DNA of 64,000 nucleotides, taken from assembly GCA_002269645.1 (NCBI GenBank), contig NIVC01000879.1, forward strand, positions 18,666 through 82,665, in the 5' to 3' direction. Positions 62,401 to 64,000 of the stretch are shown in pieces; position 1 is the first letter of the stretch, and each line of letters begins with the position of its first letter. This stretch comes from Macrostomum lignano. Taxonomy: Eukaryota. The notes under the pieces are model-generated. The model was not told the origin of the DNA and did no database searches. It saw only the letters and a list, made by a program, of their open reading frames with translations. The translations under genes were made by a program, and so were the position numbers.

Positions 62401-64000
62401 ACAACACCGACTTCGACGACGACAACTACAACACCGACTTCGACGACGACTACTACAACACCTACTTCGACGACGACAACTACAACACCTACTTCGACGA
62501 TGACAACTACAACGCCGACTTCGACGACGACTACTACTACACCTACTTCGACGACCACAACCTCGACGTCGACTACGACAACGCCGCCGTCGACCACAAC
62601 TACTACACCAACGTCGACAGCAACCACAACGCCTTCTACGACCACGACACCGCCGTCGACGACAACTACGACACCATCAACTACGACCACTACACCAACA
62701 ACCACGACAACGTCGACGTCGACTAGTACTACAACGCCTTCCACTACTACAGTGCCGCGTGTTTGTATTGAAATTGATGGACTTTCGAACCCATTCATCA
62801 TCTCACCATCGAATATTCAAGTAATCGGTGGAACACAGTCTGGATACACGGCTTCTGATTTAGAAAAGTTGCGCCTGTCATCACCAGTCCCATTTAATTT
62901 GAACCGGCCAACGGCCACATCTTTTAGTAATCCAAATGAGAACATTCTAATTGAAGTGAACCCTGCAGCTGAATCGACCAGCGGAGTAGAGATTGGACGA
63001 ATTGAGCTGAGGTTTACAGCCCCCGAAGTAACAGCCGTTCGAGTGTACAACAAGCCGACGCTTTCTCAACCAAATTGGGACACTTACTATTTCTCTGGCA
63101 GCAATCTCACGAACTGCAAGTCAGACCTAATGGTGTGCCTTAGTACAGTCTCTATTGTGTCGAAAATGCTTCGATTCGAGGTCTTCTACACATCTGTAAC
63201 TGACAAAAACAGCATCGACCTCCAAATTGGAATATATGGATGTTTCAAGCAAGGCTCCACAACTTCACCGGCGACAACGACCACGCCCACATCGACGACT
63301 ACCACTCCAACGTCAACAACCACAACAACGCCTTCAACAACTACCACCACTCCGTCGTCAACAACAACCACAACGGCTTCAACAACTACAACACCAACTT
63401 CGACGACAGCTACTACAACACCAACTTCGACGACCACAACCTCGACGTCGACTACGACAACGCCGCCGTCGACCACAACCACTACACCAACGTCGACAAC
63501 AACCACAACGCCTTCAACAACAACTACAACACCAACATCGACGACGACAACTACAACACCTCCGTCTACAACTACGACCTCAACATCGACAACCACAACG
63601 CCAACGTCGACTACAACTACGCCTACGTCGACTACGACTACGCCAACGTCGACAACTACAACGCCTACATCGACGACAACAACACCTACAACAACAACGA
63701 CCTCGACGTCGACGACCACAACTCCACCGTCTACAACAACTACGACACCATCATCAACAACGACAACCTCAAGCTCAACAACGACCACAGCACCAACGAC
63801 GACAACCTCGACGTCGACCACCACGACATCGCCGTCGACGACTACTACGCCGCCTTCGACAACCACGACTACAGAGAACATTCTTGCAAAGAGCACCTCC
63901 TTGCCGCAGCGTTGCATTGAGGAAGACGGCATGGCGAACAATGGTCCAATTGGGTTGAGCGACATCTCTGTGAGTGCTTCCACTCAAGGTGTTGGACTCA
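38425..64000 (+). CDS. Giant secreted SCO-spondin/hemolectin-like mucin (signal peptide, EMI/EGF-like, 3x VWD-C8-TIL, 6x LDLa, discoidin-like domains alternating with Thr-rich linkers); 3' end beyond the window; two -1 frame breaks
   Basis: Phase-consistent exons: 38425-38561 (signal peptide [32 protein letters not shown]), 39170-39409, 40145-40320, 41424-41591, 42215-42417, 42578-42952, 43107-43392, 43911-44151, 44657-45164, 46139-46303, 48415-48658, 49375-49820, 50879-51026, 51132-51408, 51798-52339, 53717-54144, 54461-54577, 54704-54823, 54923-55048, 55127-55218, 55324-56557, 57042 to >64000. VWD motifs YRTFDG, IVTFDG and GDPHYSTFD, each with a GLCG motif; LDLa motifs such as CDG..DC.DGSDE. 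From 57607 the frame shows no stop in the stretches I translated, and the repeat units stay in frame to the window end. Confidence 0.9.
38590..39050. repeat. 13-bp minisatellite (GAAGATAGAACGT)n in mucin intron 1
   Basis: Direct reading. Confidence 0.93.
39590..40070. repeat. ~20-bp degenerate minisatellite in mucin intron 2
   Basis: (CACCCCTGTCTAACAGTTTA)n variants. Confidence 0.9.
40680..41160 (+). repeat. Dispersed repeat family copy 1 (intron 3)
   Basis: Shares AGTAGAAAG...AAGACTCG...TTTCCGCACAAAATCTCTACCCC...GTTTACGTCTGCAAG with the copy at ~52555-53300; the 5' part is also shared with ~49900-50060. Confidence 0.75.
41605..42075. repeat. 21-bp minisatellite in mucin intron 4
   Basis: (GACTCTGTCTCACCTGTTGAT)n. 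Confidence 0.95.
44228..44605. repeat. 21-bp minisatellite in a mucin intron
   Basis: (GGTATAAGCTCCAGTCTAACC)n. Confidence 0.93.
45225..45945. repeat. ~21-bp minisatellite in a mucin intron
   Basis: (GAATCCATGTTTAATGTGTGT)n. Confidence 0.93.
46501..46884. repeat. Perfect 14-bp minisatellite (ACAGTGAACGAGTC)n
   Basis: Direct reading; I saw no variant until the last unit. Confidence 0.98.
48742..49365. repeat. 21-bp minisatellite with two sequence subtypes, ending at the splice acceptor
   Basis: (CCCGTACCTGTTCTCAACAAT)n followed by (CCCGTACCGATCCTCAACAAT)n. Confidence 0.94.
49900..50060 (+). repeat. Dispersed repeat family copy 2 (truncated)
   Basis: AGTAGAAAG...GATAAGACTCG...GCGTCTTTCCGCACAAAATG. 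Confidence 0.65.
51425..51660. repeat. 30-bp minisatellite in a mucin intron
   Basis: (CTATCTACCAGATTGCTGTAACAGCTGGTT)n. Confidence 0.9.
52555..53300 (+). repeat. Dispersed repeat family copy 3, with an internal ~118-bp unit amplified ~4.5 times
   Basis: CGCACAAAATCTC recurs at 52661, 52778, 52896 and onward; its termini match copy 1. Confidence 0.85.
58140..64000 (+). repeat. Coding tandem array with a ~2.2-kb unit (Thr-rich, domain B, Thr-rich, domain A) inside the last visible mucin exon
   Basis: Domain B starts at 58345, 60541 and 62758; domain A starts at 59461, 61678 and 63874. Periods are 2196 and 2217 nt, both multiples of 3. Copies are near-identical. Confidence 0.96.

Noticed and set aside
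58773-63983. Val-rich minus ORFs and N/D-rich or Q/R-rich plus ORFs
   Set aside because: Alternative frames of the Thr-rich ACN codon runs. The true frame is absent from the track because it has no stop in the window.

Overview
Eukaryotic (invertebrate animal) genomic DNA, not prokaryotic: spliced GT-AG genes, most long introns filled by an intron-specific minisatellite. The style suggests a free-living flatworm such as Macrostomum, but the species cannot be proven from the sequence. I reconstructed five spliced genes by hand with consistent intron phases: (1) ParaHox homeobox gene Gsx (+, 6896-9931); (2) ERG/KCNH2-type potassium channel (-, 15995-25500, 10 exons, 829 aa); (3) ZDHHC2/15/20-type palmitoyltransferase (+, 28685-32829, 7 exons, 330 aa); (4) a CXorf65/C22orf15-family small protein (-, 34588-35951, 5 exons, 169 aa); (5) a giant secreted SCO-spondin/hemolectin-like glycoprotein (+, 38425 to beyond 64000). 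Gene 5 runs signal peptide, EMI/EGF-like, 3x VWD-C8-TIL, 6x LDLa, then divergent discoidin-like domains alternating with Thr-rich mucin linkers in a homogenised ~2.2 kb exonic array; it needs two -1 frame changes, both at A-AAG. Also present: a candidate protamine-like ORF, an internally deleted Tc1/mariner element with IR/DR ends inside a (TAC)n microsatellite, MITE-like elements and many tandem repeats. Most ORFs in the supplied track are artefacts of repeats or antisense frames. Repeat boundaries are approximate.
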